Of a DNA stretch of 64,000 bases, positions 25,226 to 38,720 are shown piece by piece; within the stretch, counting starts at the first letter, position 1; the number at the start of each line of letters is the position of its first letter. The DNA lies in contig NC_043010.1 of assembly GCF_006345805.1 (NCBI RefSeq), forward strand, positions 8,556,001 through 8,620,000, in the 5' to 3' direction. The notes under the pieces were generated by a model. The model ran no database searches. It was not told the origin of the DNA and worked only from the letters and a program-made list of their open reading frames with translations. The position numbers were made by a program, and so were the translations under genes. This DNA comes from Octopus sinensis. Taxonomy: Eukaryota.

Positions 25226-25754
25226 ATGATAAAGTGAAACGCACACACGGACACAGAGGCGTGTGTGCGTGTGTATTTGCATGCGTCGGACTATGAGAGC
25301 GAATGAGTGCAAGTGTATGTGTGTGAGCCCGAGTACGTGTGTGTGTGTATGTGTGTGTGTACGTGTGTGTGTATGTGTGAGCGCGAGTACGTGTGTGTGT
25401 GTGTGTGTCTGTGTGTGTGCGTGTGTGTGCGTGTGTGTGAGCTCGAGTACGTATGTGTGTGTGTGTGTGTGTGTGTGCGTGCGTGCGTGCGTGTGTGTGC
25501 GTGCGTGCGTGCGTGTGTGTGTGTGCCTATGTGTGTGTGTGTGGCTTTGTGTAGTCGCACGCGTTATTTTCAGTTCCGTCGTCAGGTATGAAAACCTAAG
25601 GTGGTTGATAAATATTTGCGATGAAGGGGGAGGTAAATTCATGATCTAAGGGAAACAACTGCGTACAGATTTACGCCTAGGTCTTACCGTCAAGAGAACT
25701 GCTTTAATGCTTACAGACTTATTTCACATGATTTTTTTTTGTTTTTTTTCATAT

Positions 25755-25965
25755 ACTCTTTTACTCTTTTTACTTGTTTCAGTCATATGACTGCGGCCAT
25801 GCTGGAGCACCGCCTTTAGTCGAGCAAATCGACCCCGGGACTTATTCTTTGTAAGTCCAGTACTTATTCTATCGATCTCTTTTGCCGAACCGCTAAGTGA
25901 CGGGGACGTAAACACACCAGCATCGGTTGTCAAGCAATGCTAGGGGGACAAACACAGACACACAA

Positions 25966-26037
<72 letters not shown>

Positions 26038-26215
26038 TATATACATATATACGACAGGCTTCTTTCAGTTTCCGTCTACCAAATCCACTCACAAGGCTCT
26101 GGTCGGCCCGAGGCTATAGTAGAAGACACTTGCCCAAGGTGCCACGCACTGGGACTGAACCTGGAACCATGTGGTTGGTAAACAAGCTACTTACCACACA
26201 GCCACTCCTGCGCCT
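25755..26215 (-). mobile_element. SINE family A, full length
   Basis: Consensus match. Confidence 0.9.
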
Positions 26216-26273
26216 ATATCTGGAGCTTATATATTTTGGTTAGCTGCATTGAGTCAGCTACCTTAGAATATTG

Positions 26274-26659
26274 GGATCTTTTCGGGTTGAATGGCAATTT
26301 TTTTCTAGCGGTGTCATATGAAATTGTCACCCATAATTATGACCCTAGAATCGATCTATTGCATTTTAATCTGATTTTTTTTCTTCACAAATGTAAACAA
26401 ACCCAATCTGTTTTTTAAACTAGGGGCATATTCATACGGCACAGAATGTTTTTTCACATCAATAGACGTCATTGATTGGTTGAAATTGCAGAAATTGAAT
26501 TAAAAACCCAACAAATATCTTACAAACTATATAATTTTCTCAATAAAGCCAAGAGAAAAAGATGTTTTATAAACACATTCTACAAAGTACACGAAGTTTA
26601 GAAGTGTTTAGCTACGGGGAAATTATTTTAAAAAACTGCCGGTCAAACCGAAAAGATCC
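26274..26659. mobile_element. Merlin-like MITE flanked by 43-bp direct repeats
   Basis: TIRs ggatcttttcgg / ccgaaaagatcc; opposite orientation to 26857-27276. Confidence 0.85.
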
Positions 26660-26856
26660 TATATTTTGGTTAGCTGCATTGAGTCAGCTACCTTAGAATA
26701 TTATCTCTACTGTATAATAAATTTAGCAGGAGGTGAGCTGGCGGAATCGTTAGCACGCTGGGCAAAATACTTAGTGGCATTTCATTCGTCTTTAAGGAAG
26801 TCGTATGGCTCTGTGGTTAGAGCATTGGATCACAACAATCATGAGGTACTGAGCTC

Positions 26857-27276
26857 GGATCTTTTCGGTTTGAACAGCAGTTTTTTAATATAATTTCCAC
26901 GTAACTAAACACTTTTAAACTTCGTATACTGGTACAATGTGTTTATAAAGCATCTTTTTCTCTTGGCTTTATTGAGAAAATTCTATGGTTTGTAAGATAT
27001 TTGTTGTTTTTTTTCTTCAATTTCTGCAATTTCAACCAATCAATGACGTCTATTGAGGTGAAAACACTTTGTGCTGTATGAATGTGTCCCTTGTTTAAGA
27101 AACAGATTGGGTTTATTTACATTTGTGAAGAAAAAAGATACCCTTCCCCCCACCCCTAACCCTAACCCTAAAATAGATTGAAATGCAATAGATCGATACT
27201 AGGGTCATAATTATGGGTGACAATTTCATATGACACCGCTAGAAAAAAAAAACTGCCGTTCAAACCGAAATGATCC
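26857..27276. mobile_element. Merlin-like MITE inserted into a degenerate tRNA-headed SINE
   Basis: TIRs; exact 8-bp TSD ctgagctc. Confidence 0.85.
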
Positions 27277-27547
27277 CTGAGCTCGCTTCCCGGACCAGGT
27301 TGTGTGTTGTTTTCCTTGGGCAAGACACTCTAGTTTTGCTCCAGTTCACTCAGCTGTATCGGTGTTTGTTTTTCCCTCAGATAGCATCGGTAGCATGGAG
27401 TGGGGAGGCTGGTATGCACGGGCGACTGCTGGTCTTCCGTAAACAACCTTACCTGGACTTGTGCCTCAGAGAGGAACTTTCTAGGTACAATCTCATGGTC
27501 ATTCATGACTGCCAAAAGGGTTCTTTGCCTTGTATGTTATAATACAC

Positions 27548-27791
27548 CTCTTTTACTCTTCTACTTGCTTCAGTCATGTGACTGTAGCAATGCTGGAGCA
27601 TCGCCCTTAGTCGAGCAAATCAGCCCCAGGACTTATTCTTTGGAAGCCTAGAACTTATTGTATCAGTCTCTTTTGCTGAACAGGTAAGTTACAGGGACGT
27701 AAACACATCACCATCGGTTGTCAAGCGATGCTGGGGGGACAAACACAGACACAAACATATACACACACACACACACATATATATATATATG

Positions 27792-27829
<38 letters not shown>

Positions 27830-27858
27830 CATATATATATGTATATATATATTATATA

Positions 27859-27889
<31 letters not shown>

Positions 27890-28059
27890 CATACATATAT
27901 ATGACGAGCTTCTATCAGTTTCCATCTACCAAATCCACTCACAAGGCTTTGGTCAGCCTGAGGCTATAGTAGAAGACACTTGCCCAAGGTGCCCCGCAGT
28001 GGTACTGAACTCGGAACCATGTGGTTGGTAAGCAAGCTACTTACCACACAGCCACTCCT
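27548..28059 (-). mobile_element. SINE family A, full length
   Basis: Consensus match with expanded (TA)n. Confidence 0.9.
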
Positions 28060-28499
28060 AATTATTCAATAAAATAAACAGCTATAGAGTACAAGCAAAC
28101 TAGTACCGGTGTATAACAGCATTTAGTGATTAAAATTATTTAAAAGCGAAATAAATTTGTTTAATTGGTCTCAAGAACACAAAACTGCTGTCACCCACCT
28201 AAGCCATTTTTAACAACATTTTAACAGATTGGCATTGGGTCTTTAGACCCATGTAGAATCTCACGTGGCTGCCAAGATTACCCATACTTTGGGACGGTGC
28301 TGCGCCCACCCATGAAGAATTTTTGCTTACTCTCTTACTCTTTTGCTAAACTACTAAGTCATTGGGCATAAACAAAGCAACACCAATTGTCATGTTTTGT
28401 GGGGACAAACACAAACACATACATACACACACATGCATTACAATTCATACGATATATACATGTATATACACTCACAATCCACATGCATGCATACATACA

Positions 28500-28716
28500 T
28501 ATATACATAACGGGAAGGTTTACGAAAATAAACCAAAGACGAAGGCAGGTGGAGTACAAACAAACAAATGTATTAGTATGGCGCTCAGGAATAGAAATAG
28601 AAGTCTTTTACGTTTCGAGCCTATGCTCTTCGACAGAAAGATACACAGAAAAGAAACAAGGAGAGAAACAAGGAGAGAAAAAAATATGTGTAGGAGCTAA
28701 CGGTCTATCATGGTGT
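28500..28716 (-). mobile_element. PLE-like repeat with variant hammerhead motif (28604-28640); second copy at 39832-40030 (+)
   Basis: TCTTT-CTGTCGA-A-GAGC-ATAG-GCTC-GAAA-CG-TA-AAAGA; A6 replaced by T in both copies. Confidence 0.55.
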
Positions 28717-29189
28717 TCTATATACATACATACATACATACATATATGTATACATACATACACACATACACATGTTCATGCATGCATGCTTGCATGCATA
28801 TAGACAGACACACATACGTACTCACGTACATGCACGGATGCTTACATACCTATATACATACATGAGAGCTGTCCACCCATGACCAAAGAAAACAATCCTT
28901 TACCATTAGAAACACTGTGTACTCACACAAATTAATACTTTACACTTGTGGCTCAGTTGATGACCAACCACTGGAAACCGGTGTTGGTGTGTTTACATCC
29001 CTGTAATTTAGGCTGTTTGGCAAAAGAGATGATAGAATAAGTACTAAACCTGCAAAAAACAAATAAATCCTGGGGTCAATTTGTTTGACTAAAACCCTTC
29101 AAGGCTCTGCCCCAGCATGGCCATAGTCAAGTGACCGAAACAAATGAAAGATAGCAGATCCATACATTTAATAGGTCAATCAATTCAAT

Positions 29190-29571
29190 ACTCTTTACTT
29201 GTTTCAGTCATTTGACTGCGGCCATGCTGGGGCACCGCCTTTAATCGAGCAACTCTACCCCGGGACTTATTCTTTTGTAAGCCCAGTACTTAATCTATCG
29301 GTCTCTTTTGCCGAACCACTCAGTAACGGAGACATAAACACACCAGCATCGGTTGTCAAGGGGGACAAACACAGACACACAAACACACACACGCATATAC
29401 ATATATACGACGGGCTTCTTTCAGTTTCCATCTACGAAATCCACTCACAAGGCTTTGGTTGGCCCAAGGCTATAGTAGAAGACACTTGCCCAAGGTTCCA
29501 CGCAGTGGGACTGAACCCGGAACCATGTGGTTGGTAAACAAGCTACTTACCACACAGCCACCCCTGCACCT
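29190..29571 (-). mobile_element. SINE family A
   Basis: Consensus match. Confidence 0.9.
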
Positions 29572-29867
29572 ATTATTCTATTTTCAATATTATTCTATTG
29601 ATTTGAAGATTGGAACAAGGCCACTAATGTGATGGGCGGGTATAAGTTGATGAAATATCCCAGAACTCAATTACTGAAATTTTGTTCTTTTTCAGAAACA
29701 GCAGAAGGATGGAGAATGAGCCTTGGCAGGATTTGAACCTTGGATGTAATGGACTGTAACTAAATATTTCAAGACATTTAGTCTGCCAAACTTTATGAGT
29801 ATAATTATTGATATCTCAAAATTGGCAGATGGGCATAAATTTGGTGTGAGGGAATAATTGATTAAAT

Positions 29868-30108
29868 CAGTGCTTTTCAAATGTTTTGCTGGAGCGGAAC
29901 CCCAAGGAAACATTCCACTGGCTTGAGGAACCCCTGTGCAATAATTTAATAGTCTTATGGACACATATCTGCACAGGAGAATTAAAAATTACTGCCGATT
30001 TTAGCAGCTTTGTAACTTCTTGCGGAACCCCTGGACTGTACTGGTGGAACCCTAAGGTTCTGTGGAAGCCCTGGACTGTACTGGCGGAACCCTGGTTGAA
30101 AACCACTG
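29868..30108. mobile_element. hAT (Charlie/Buster-like) MITE
   Basis: TIR cagtg(c/g)ttttcaa; exact 8-bp TSD gattaaat; internal duplication. Confidence 0.85.
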
Positions 30109-30453
30109 GATTAAATCAACCCCAGTACTTGATTGGTGTCTTACTTAATTAACTTTCGGTAAGATTGTGAAGTCACTTGGCCAAGTGGTTAGGGTGCTGT
30201 GCTCATAACTGCAAGATTGTGGTTTCCATTCCCACCCTGTTCAGTGCCTTGTGTTCTGGAGCCAAACACTTCATTTCATGTTGCTTCGGTTCACTTGACT
30301 GTAAATTAGTAACCTGTGATGGAATGGTATCCCATTCAGTGGTAACGTTGTGATCTTTGTTACTTATGCACCATGGAAACCAGGTAATCACCTCTGCAAA
30401 TGCTAGGATTCAACACAGCAATTTACTTTGCATGATGGGAAAATGAAAAGCAA

Positions 30454-30884
30454 AGGTATAGGAGTGGCTGTGTGGTAAGTAGCTTGCTTATGTACCACAT
30501 GGTTCTGAGTTCAGTCCCACTGCATGGCACCTTGGGCAAGTGTCTTCTACTATAGCCTCGGGCCAAGCAAAGCTTTGTGAGTGGATTTGGTAGACAGAAA
30601 CTGAAAGAAACCCGTCGTATATATATATATATATAATATATATATATATATATGTATGTGTGTGTATATGTTTGTGTGTCTGTGTTTGTCCCTCAACATC
30701 GCTTGACAACCGATGCTGGTGTGTTTACGTCCCCGTAACTTAGCAGTTTGACAAAAGAGACTGATAGAACAAGTACTAGGCTTACAAAGAATAAGTCCTG
30801 GAGTCGACTTGCTTGACTAAAGGCAGTGCTCCAGCATGGCCACAGTCATATGACTGAAACAAATAAAAGAGTAAAGAGTAAAGA
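30454..30884 (+). mobile_element. SINE family A, full length
   Basis: Consensus match. Confidence 0.9.
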
Positions 30885-31000
30885 TAACTTTGGTATAATT
30901 TAAACAAAAGAACATTAAGGGTCCTAACTAAATAATGGTTTTAAATTTTGGCACCAGAGCAGCAAGTTCAGGGGAAGGGTTAAGTTTCATTTTTTTTTTT

Positions 31001-31198
31001 CTTTTCTTGTTTCAGTCATTTGACTGCGGCCATGCTGGAGCACCGCCTTTAGTTGAGCAAATCGACCCCGGGACTTATTCTTTGTAAGCCCAGTACTTAT
31101 TCTATCGGTCTCTTTTTGCCGAACCATTAAGGTACGGGGACGTAAACACACCAGCATCGGTTGTCAAGCAATGCTAGGGGGACAACCACAGACACACA

Positions 31199-31267
<69 letters not shown>

Positions 31268-31430
31268 TACGACAGCCTTCTTTCAGTTTCCGTCTACCAA
31301 ATCCACTCACAAGGCATTGGTCGGCCCGGGGCTATAGCAGAAGACACTTGCCCAAGATGCCACGCAGTGGGACTGAACCCAGAACCATGTGGTCGGTTAG
31401 CAAGCTACTTACCACACAGCCACTCCTGCG
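31001..31430 (-). mobile_element. SINE family A, full length
   Basis: Consensus match. Confidence 0.9.
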
Positions 31431-31721
31431 TTTTGTTTTTTGTTTTTTGTTTTTGGTTGGGAGGGTGTAAGTCGATTACATGGACCCCAGTGCTTAACTA
31501 GTACTTATTTTATCGACCCTGAAAGGATGAAAGGGATAGTCAATCTCAGTCTCCATGGGATTTGAACTCAGAACATTAAGACTGACAAAATGCTGCTCAG
31601 CATTTTTGCCCAGTGCACTAACAATTCTGCCAGTTCATTACATTAGTCCTGACTAAACAATACAAAGCATTTTGTGCAAGTCTAATGAAGTTGCCTGTAG
31701 ACCACCTGTTAGGCTTCTTAA

Positions 31722-31941
31722 CCCTTTCATTACTGTATTTATTTTGAGATGCTCAGTGTTTCTTTCAATTACTTTAAATGTAACAAAAAATTTAGTAAAA
31801 CAACTTAGATATCATTCAGTTAGTGTTAGGAACATAAATTGTGACTAAGATTTGGTGGAAGATTTTAATTTAAAACTTATGAAAACAAGACATTTGTACT
31901 CAGAACCAGAGCCGGTTTCAGCCGGGTTGGTATCAAAAGGG
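31722..31941. mobile_element. piggyBac-type MITE
   Basis: TTAA|CCCTTT...AAAGGG|TTAA; homologous to 41819-42040 and 45079-45646. Confidence 0.85.
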
Positions 31942-32204
31942 TTAATTACTGAAGTGGAACTCCTCATCATCAAGAGTAATTTTACCTATTTGTCTTGACA
32001 GGAATAACATAATTAGATGATAGCTTAAGATGGCACTCATCAGAGGGACTAGTAAACACCTGAGTACCTAATTTGGGTGTGAAACTGATTTGTAAAATCA
32101 GTTGAAATGGATGTGCAATATCCAGATTAATATATCTACTCAATCGACAAACATATGAATGCTGTTTTTCTGACTTATGGATTCTTAGACAGTTATGCAC
32201 ACAT

Positions 32205-32941
32205 AATATTCTTTTCTACTCTAGGCATAAGGCCTGAAATTTTGGGAGAGGGGAGCCAGTCGATTAGATCGATCCCAGTCCGCAACTGGTACTTAATTTA
32301 CAGACCCTGAAAGGATGAAAGGTGAAGTTGACGTTGGTGGAATTTGAACTCAGAATGTAAAGACAGGCGAAATACCTATTTCTTTACTACCCACAAGAGG
32401 CCAAACAAAGACAGACAAATGGATTAAGTCGATCATATCGATCTCAGTATGTAACTGGTACTTATTTAAATCGACCCCGAAAGGATGAAAGGCAAAGTCG
32501 ACCTCGGCGGAATTTGAACTCAGAACGTAGCGGCAGACGCAATGCCTATTTCTTTATTACCCTCAAGGGGCTAAACACAGAGAGGGCAAAGAAGGACAGG
32601 CAAATGGATTAAGTCGATTATATCGACCCCAGTGTGTAACTGGTACTTATTTAATCGACCCCGAAAGGATGAAAGGCAAAGTCAACCTCGGCGGAATTTG
32701 AACTCAGAACGTAGTGGCAGATGCAATAGCTATTTCTTTACTACCCTCAAGGGGCTAAACACAGAGAGGACAGACAAACGGATTAAGTCGATTATATCGA
32801 CCCCAGTGCGTAACTGGTACTTATTTAATCGACCCCGAAAGGATGAAAAGCAAAGTTGACCTCGGCGGAATTTGAACTCAGGACGTAACGGCAGACGAAA
32901 TATCGCTAAGCATTTCGCCCGGCGTGCTAACGATTCTGCCA
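32205..32941 (-). mobile_element. SINE family B with four tandem ~170-185-bp body units
   Basis: One head at ~32905-32941; unit junctions at ~32372, 32543 and 32726. Confidence 0.85.
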
Positions 32942-33178
32942 TAGGAATATTGGGGAAATTCTAGTTCAGTTAGTTGTTGCTTAATCCCAGATAGGCTCTG
33001 ATGAAGCAAACAACAGATTTAGGGCATTTCATAACAGACAAGGCTATGTTTTGCTAGGTATAATCGAAATTTTACTTGCGCACACACACACACACACACA
33101 CATACACACACGCACACACACACACACAAACACACACATTTAGGTGCTTGCAAGGCTCTGTATGTTTGTGTGTATGTC

Positions 33179-33210
<32 letters not shown>

Positions 33211-33946
33211 CGTGTGCTTGTGTGTGGTGTGTATATGTTCGTGCACACATATGTGTGTGTGTGTGCGTGCATTTGTGTGTAATTATACACACTTATAAAT
33301 TTCTCTGTGTGTGCATAAATATATACATGTGTGTGTGTGTGTGCATGTGTGTGTGTGTGTTCGTGTGTGTGTGTTCGTAGATAGATAGAAGGATGTGAGG
33401 AAAATAAAAAATTAAGCATATATATACACCAGATAAACGTGAAGAAAGGAGTCAGAAGGGAAACAACTCCTTTTTACATAATCCCCTTAACACTACCGTC
33501 ACCTGTCTATATTACGGATTTCGCTTGATTGCACTCAATCAATGTCTCAAGAGGAAAAACAAAAATGAGACGTTGTGGCGATCATTAATTTGTCCCTGAC
33601 TTTATTACAGGTATGAATTTAGCCGAATGCCATCTACAAAAGACTTGAGACCGAATGGTGGAATTAGTACACCTGGAACTTCTTGTTCTGTATCTTTTGC
33701 GACTAATAACAGTCACCTGGAAATATGATTATTATCTAAACAGAACAGAAATATCGATATATATATATATATATATATACGCGAGAAAGAAGCTTCTTTC
33801 TCGCTTATAATCACCCCACATTACTGTATGGTTAAAACCGTATAGTTTTTTGGTGCATCTAAGTTAGGTACCATATTCAAGTAAATTCATTAAAATTGAC
33901 TTGAATCTTTATTGCTTTATATATATATATATATATATATATAATG

Positions 33947-33982
<36 letters not shown>

Positions 33983-33990
33983 TATGTATG

Positions 33991-34055
<65 letters not shown>

Positions 34056-34102
34056 ATATATATATATATATATTATATATATGTATATATGTATATATAT
34101 AT

Positions 34103-34554
<452 letters not shown>

Positions 34555-34716
34555 AAATATGTATATATATTATATGTATATATATATTATATATATATGT
34601 ATATGTATATATATATGTGTATATATATATGTATATATATATGTATATATGTATATATATATATATATATATACATATGTATATATATATATGTATGTAT
34701 GTATATATATATATAA

Positions 34717-34755
<39 letters not shown>

Positions 34756-35464
34756 GAAAGAAAGAAAAGAAAGAAGAAAGAGAAGAAAGTCAGAAAGAGT
34801 GATCTTCATGATTCTATATCTAATTATTGTTATTGCGTTTGTATTTGATTTTATTTCTTTTTCGAAATTTTTAAACCAATTAGAAATATGTTTGGAATAT
34901 AACATTAATGTAATCTAATAAAAATAAATATAATTACAACATTTGAGTTCGTTTCTAAGATTTGAAGACATCGGCTTATTTTACTTAATGCCACATCAGT
35001 TAGTTTTATAAAGCTAGCATAAGTATTCTGAAAGCATCTTACTAAGTCATTTAAGGATTTGGCTTAAGTATCTTTCTTAGCATCGTCGACAATTTCAGTC
35101 CAATTAAGAAACCGTAAAGTTAAAAAAGAAAAAAAAAAAAAAAAAAAAAAGAAAGAAAGAAGGCGAAAGTGTCTGTGTGGTGTTTGATTAAGAGTGGTGG
35201 GTGAGTGTCGAAAGTTGAGCAGCCGAATGAATAGTGGCTGACTTAAAATATGCATGTGGTATCTCTCGTGGGTTTAAGTTTTGAGGAAGAGAGAAAGGAA
35301 TTTAAATTGCTACTAATTCAGTTCCATTTAAAACTAGCTAAATAGATTTAAAATATTCCTCCATAATCAATATTATAAGTTTTCTGTGTGTTTTATTTTT
35401 AATCTTGTATCTTTTAGTCTGTGATGGTAAAATGCTGTCGAATGATAAATAAGTGTATGCTAGT

Positions 35465-36490
35465 GATGTTGGTGGTGGTGGTGGTGGTGGTGTTGGTGGA
35501 TGGTGTTGGTGGATGGTGTTGGTGTTGGTGGTGTTGTCCTGTTGGTGTTGGTGGTGTCGGTGGAGGAGCTGCTGCTGCTGCTACTACTACTACCACCACC
35601 ACCACCACCACCACCATTACTGCCACCACCACCACCACCACCACCACGACCACCATTACTGCCACCACCACCACCACCACCACCATTACTGCCACCACCA
35701 CCACCCCACCACCACCACCATTACTTACTGCCACCACCACCACCAACACCACCACCATTACTGCCACCACCACCAACCACCACACCACCACCACCACCAC
35801 CACCACCACCACCACCACCACCACCACCATTACTGCCACCACCACCACCACCACCACCACCACCACCACCACCACCACCACCACCACCACCACCACCACC
35901 ACCACCACCACCACCACCACCACCACCACCGCCATTACTGCCACCACCACCACCACCACCACCACCACCACCACTACCACCATTACTGCCACCACCACCA
36001 CCACCACCACCACCACCACCACCACGACCATTACTGCCACCACCACCACCACCACCACCACCATTACTGCCACCACCACCACCACCACCACCACCACCAC
36101 CACCACCACCACCACCACCACTACCACGACCATCACTGCCACCACCACCACCACCACCACCACCACCACCACCACCACCACCACCACCACCACCACCACC
36201 ACCACCACCACCACCACCACCACCACCACCACGACCACGACCACCACCACCACCACCACCAACCACCACCACAACCACCACCACAACCACCACCACAACC
36301 ACCACCACCACCACCACCACCACCACTACCACCACCATCACTGCCACCTCTACCATCACTGCCACCACCACTGCTACTGCTTCTGCCGCCACCAGTGCCA
36401 CAACCACCACTGTGCCACCACCACCACCACCACTACCACTGGCACCAACACTGTCACTAACACCAGCATCACCACCACAACCAATGCAGC
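35465..36490. repeat. (GGT)n then ~1 kb of (CCA)n with periodic attactg interruptions
   Basis: Directly visible. Confidence 0.95.
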
Positions 36491-36889
36491 TGCTTCTGCT
36501 GCAAGAAATAGCAGTCACATCTCCCTTAGATCTCACTCAGCTATATTAAATATAAAGATACATTGAATAATGTAGTGCCACACATAAGAACAGATGAGAT
36601 GGTCATGGTTAGGATGCCTTTAATTGCAGATCTGCTGAATGAGACTTAATGGTGGAGCTAAACAATATTGATAACAACCACAATAATTTTTACCTATAAT
36701 TATGTTATAACCGCTTTCATAAATATCATTAAACCTTTCATGACAAAATTACTAAAGAATGAGCTATCTATATTTAATTAGTTTCAATTAACTTTTAAAA
36801 TAATTAACATTATAGAAGGGTTAGTATATATGTGTGTGTGTGCATGTGAGTGTATGAGTGCATATGTATTTTTATATATCTACATATAT

Positions 36890-37293
36890 AGGTGCAGGAG
36901 TGGCTGAGTGGTAAGTAGCTTGCTAACCAACCACATGGTTCCGGGTTCAGTCCCACTGCGTGGCACCTTGGGCAAGTGTCTTCTGCCATAGCCCCGGGCC
37001 GACCAATGCCTTGTGAGTGGATTTGGTAGACGGAAACTGAAAGAAACCTGTCGTATATATGTATATGTATATAAGTGTGTGTGTATGTGTTTGTCCCCCC
37101 TAGCATTGCTTGACAACCGATGCTGGTGTGTTTATGTCCCCGTCACTTAGCAGTTCGGCAAAAGAGACCGATAGAATAAGTACTGGGCTTACAAAGAATA
37201 CGTTCCGGGGTCGAGCTGCTCGACTAAAGGCGGTGCTCCAGCATGGCTGCAGTCAAATGACTGAAACAAGTAAAAGAGTAAAAGAGTAAAGAG
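36890..37293 (+). mobile_element. SINE family A, full length
   Basis: Consensus match. Confidence 0.9.
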
Positions 37294-37455
37294 TATATAT
37301 GTATGTGTGCGTGTGTGCATGTATGTATTAATATTTAGCGGAAGCAACAGAGTGATTCAGGGTCCAATGCATGAAACTTTGGGACCTTGAGTCGCTCTGT
37401 TGCTTCTGCTAAATATTCTTTTCTGCATGTGTGCGTATGTGTGTGCGTGTGTATA

Positions 37456-37745
37456 CAGGGTGCAGTGAATAAACTGTCATCTAAATTTCACAAATTGAAA
37501 ATAACCTTGACATCTCATTTTAACAGATATATTTACCAAAATTACATAAAAATATCTTGAAATACTGAAGAGTAAATTTATTCAATAAAATCGCCATAGG
37601 CCTCCAGACGAGTTCAGAATCTCCTGTAACTCTTCTGGATGGTTTCCTTATTTAAGTTGGTGAATGTTGCCCTAATCCTTGTCTTAAGTTCATCTTTGGT
37701 GTTACAAGGAGTTCTGTTGGTCTCTTGCTCAACTGTGCCCAGAAC
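37456..37745 (-). pseudogene. Tc1/mariner transposase C-terminal remnant with one terminal repeat
   Basis: Minus strand VLGTVEQETNRTPCNTKDELKTRIRATFTNLNKETIQKSYRRF*TRLEAYGDFIE*; TA|CAGGGTG end. Confidence 0.8.
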
Positions 37746-38064
37746 AAATTGATAGCACAGAACAAATTATACATACAAACAAAATGCAAGAAACTCTGAA
37801 ATGGCCATGTTTGGAATGCCTTTTTCAAAATTTGTTTTCATTTTAAAAACCCTGAATTTTGCAGGTTCATTAAGATTCGAGGGGAAGTGTTTAGAAGATG
37901 TTACAACTCATGTGCATCTGTTGCAGGAAGCTGCAAATCAAGATCTCAAGGTATCGCTGACCAAAGTCATTTGATCTAAATACTTTCAAAACATTGCATT
38001 CTGCTAAAGACAAACAAGGATAATCAATTATTATTAGTGGTAGAAGCGTTGAATGAAGTGATGG

Positions 38065-38275
38065 TCTCAATGCTGGTGGCATGTAAAAAGAGCACCTAAC
38101 ACACTCTGTAAAGTGGTTGGTGTTAGGAAGGGCATCCAGCCATAGGAACCAAGCTAAATCAGACGGGAACCTGGTGCAGCTCTCCTCCTTGCCAGCTCTG
38201 GTCAAACCATTTAACCTATGCCCCATGCCAGCATGGAAAACGGATGTTAAATGATGATGATGATGATGATGATGA
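38065..38275 (+). mobile_element. RTE-tail element
   Basis: ggttggtgttaggaagggcatccagc...(GAT)n. Confidence 0.75.
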
Positions 38276-38308
38276 CAACAATGATGACGACAACGATGAT
38301 GATGATAT

Positions 38309-38720
38309 ACTCTGTACTCTTACTCTCTTTTACTTGTTTCAGTCATTTGCCTGTGGCCATGCTGGGGCACCGCCTTTAGTCGAGCAAATCGACCCCGGGA
38401 CTTATTCTTTGTAAGCCTAGTACTTATTCTATCGGTCTCTTTTGCCGAATCGCTAAGTTACAGGGACATAAGCACACCAGCATCGGTTGTCAAGCGATGT
38501 TGGGGAGACAAACACAGACACACAAACACACACATATATATATATATACATATATACGATGGGCTTCTTTCAGTTTCCATCTATCAAATCCACTCACAAG
38601 GCTTTGGTCGGCCCGAGGCTATAGTAGAAGACACTTGCCCAAGGTGCCACGCAGTGGGACTGAACCCGGAACCATGTGGTTTGTAAGCAAGCTACTTACC
38701 ACACAGCCACTCCTACACCT
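38309..38720 (-). mobile_element. SINE family A, full length
   Basis: Consensus match. Confidence 0.9.

Noticed and set aside
27153-27170. (CCCTAA)3 telomere-like repeat
   Set aside because: An internal part of the Merlin-like MITE; the sibling copy has a degenerate version at ~22870
29696-29765. Apparent exon MENEPWQDLNLG after a strong acceptor
   Set aside because: The reverse complement is a degenerate SINE B-box/body fragment
35414-36566. 270-380-aa poly-T/P/H/V/G ORFs
   Set aside because: Translations of (CCA)n repeats, open in many frames on both strands
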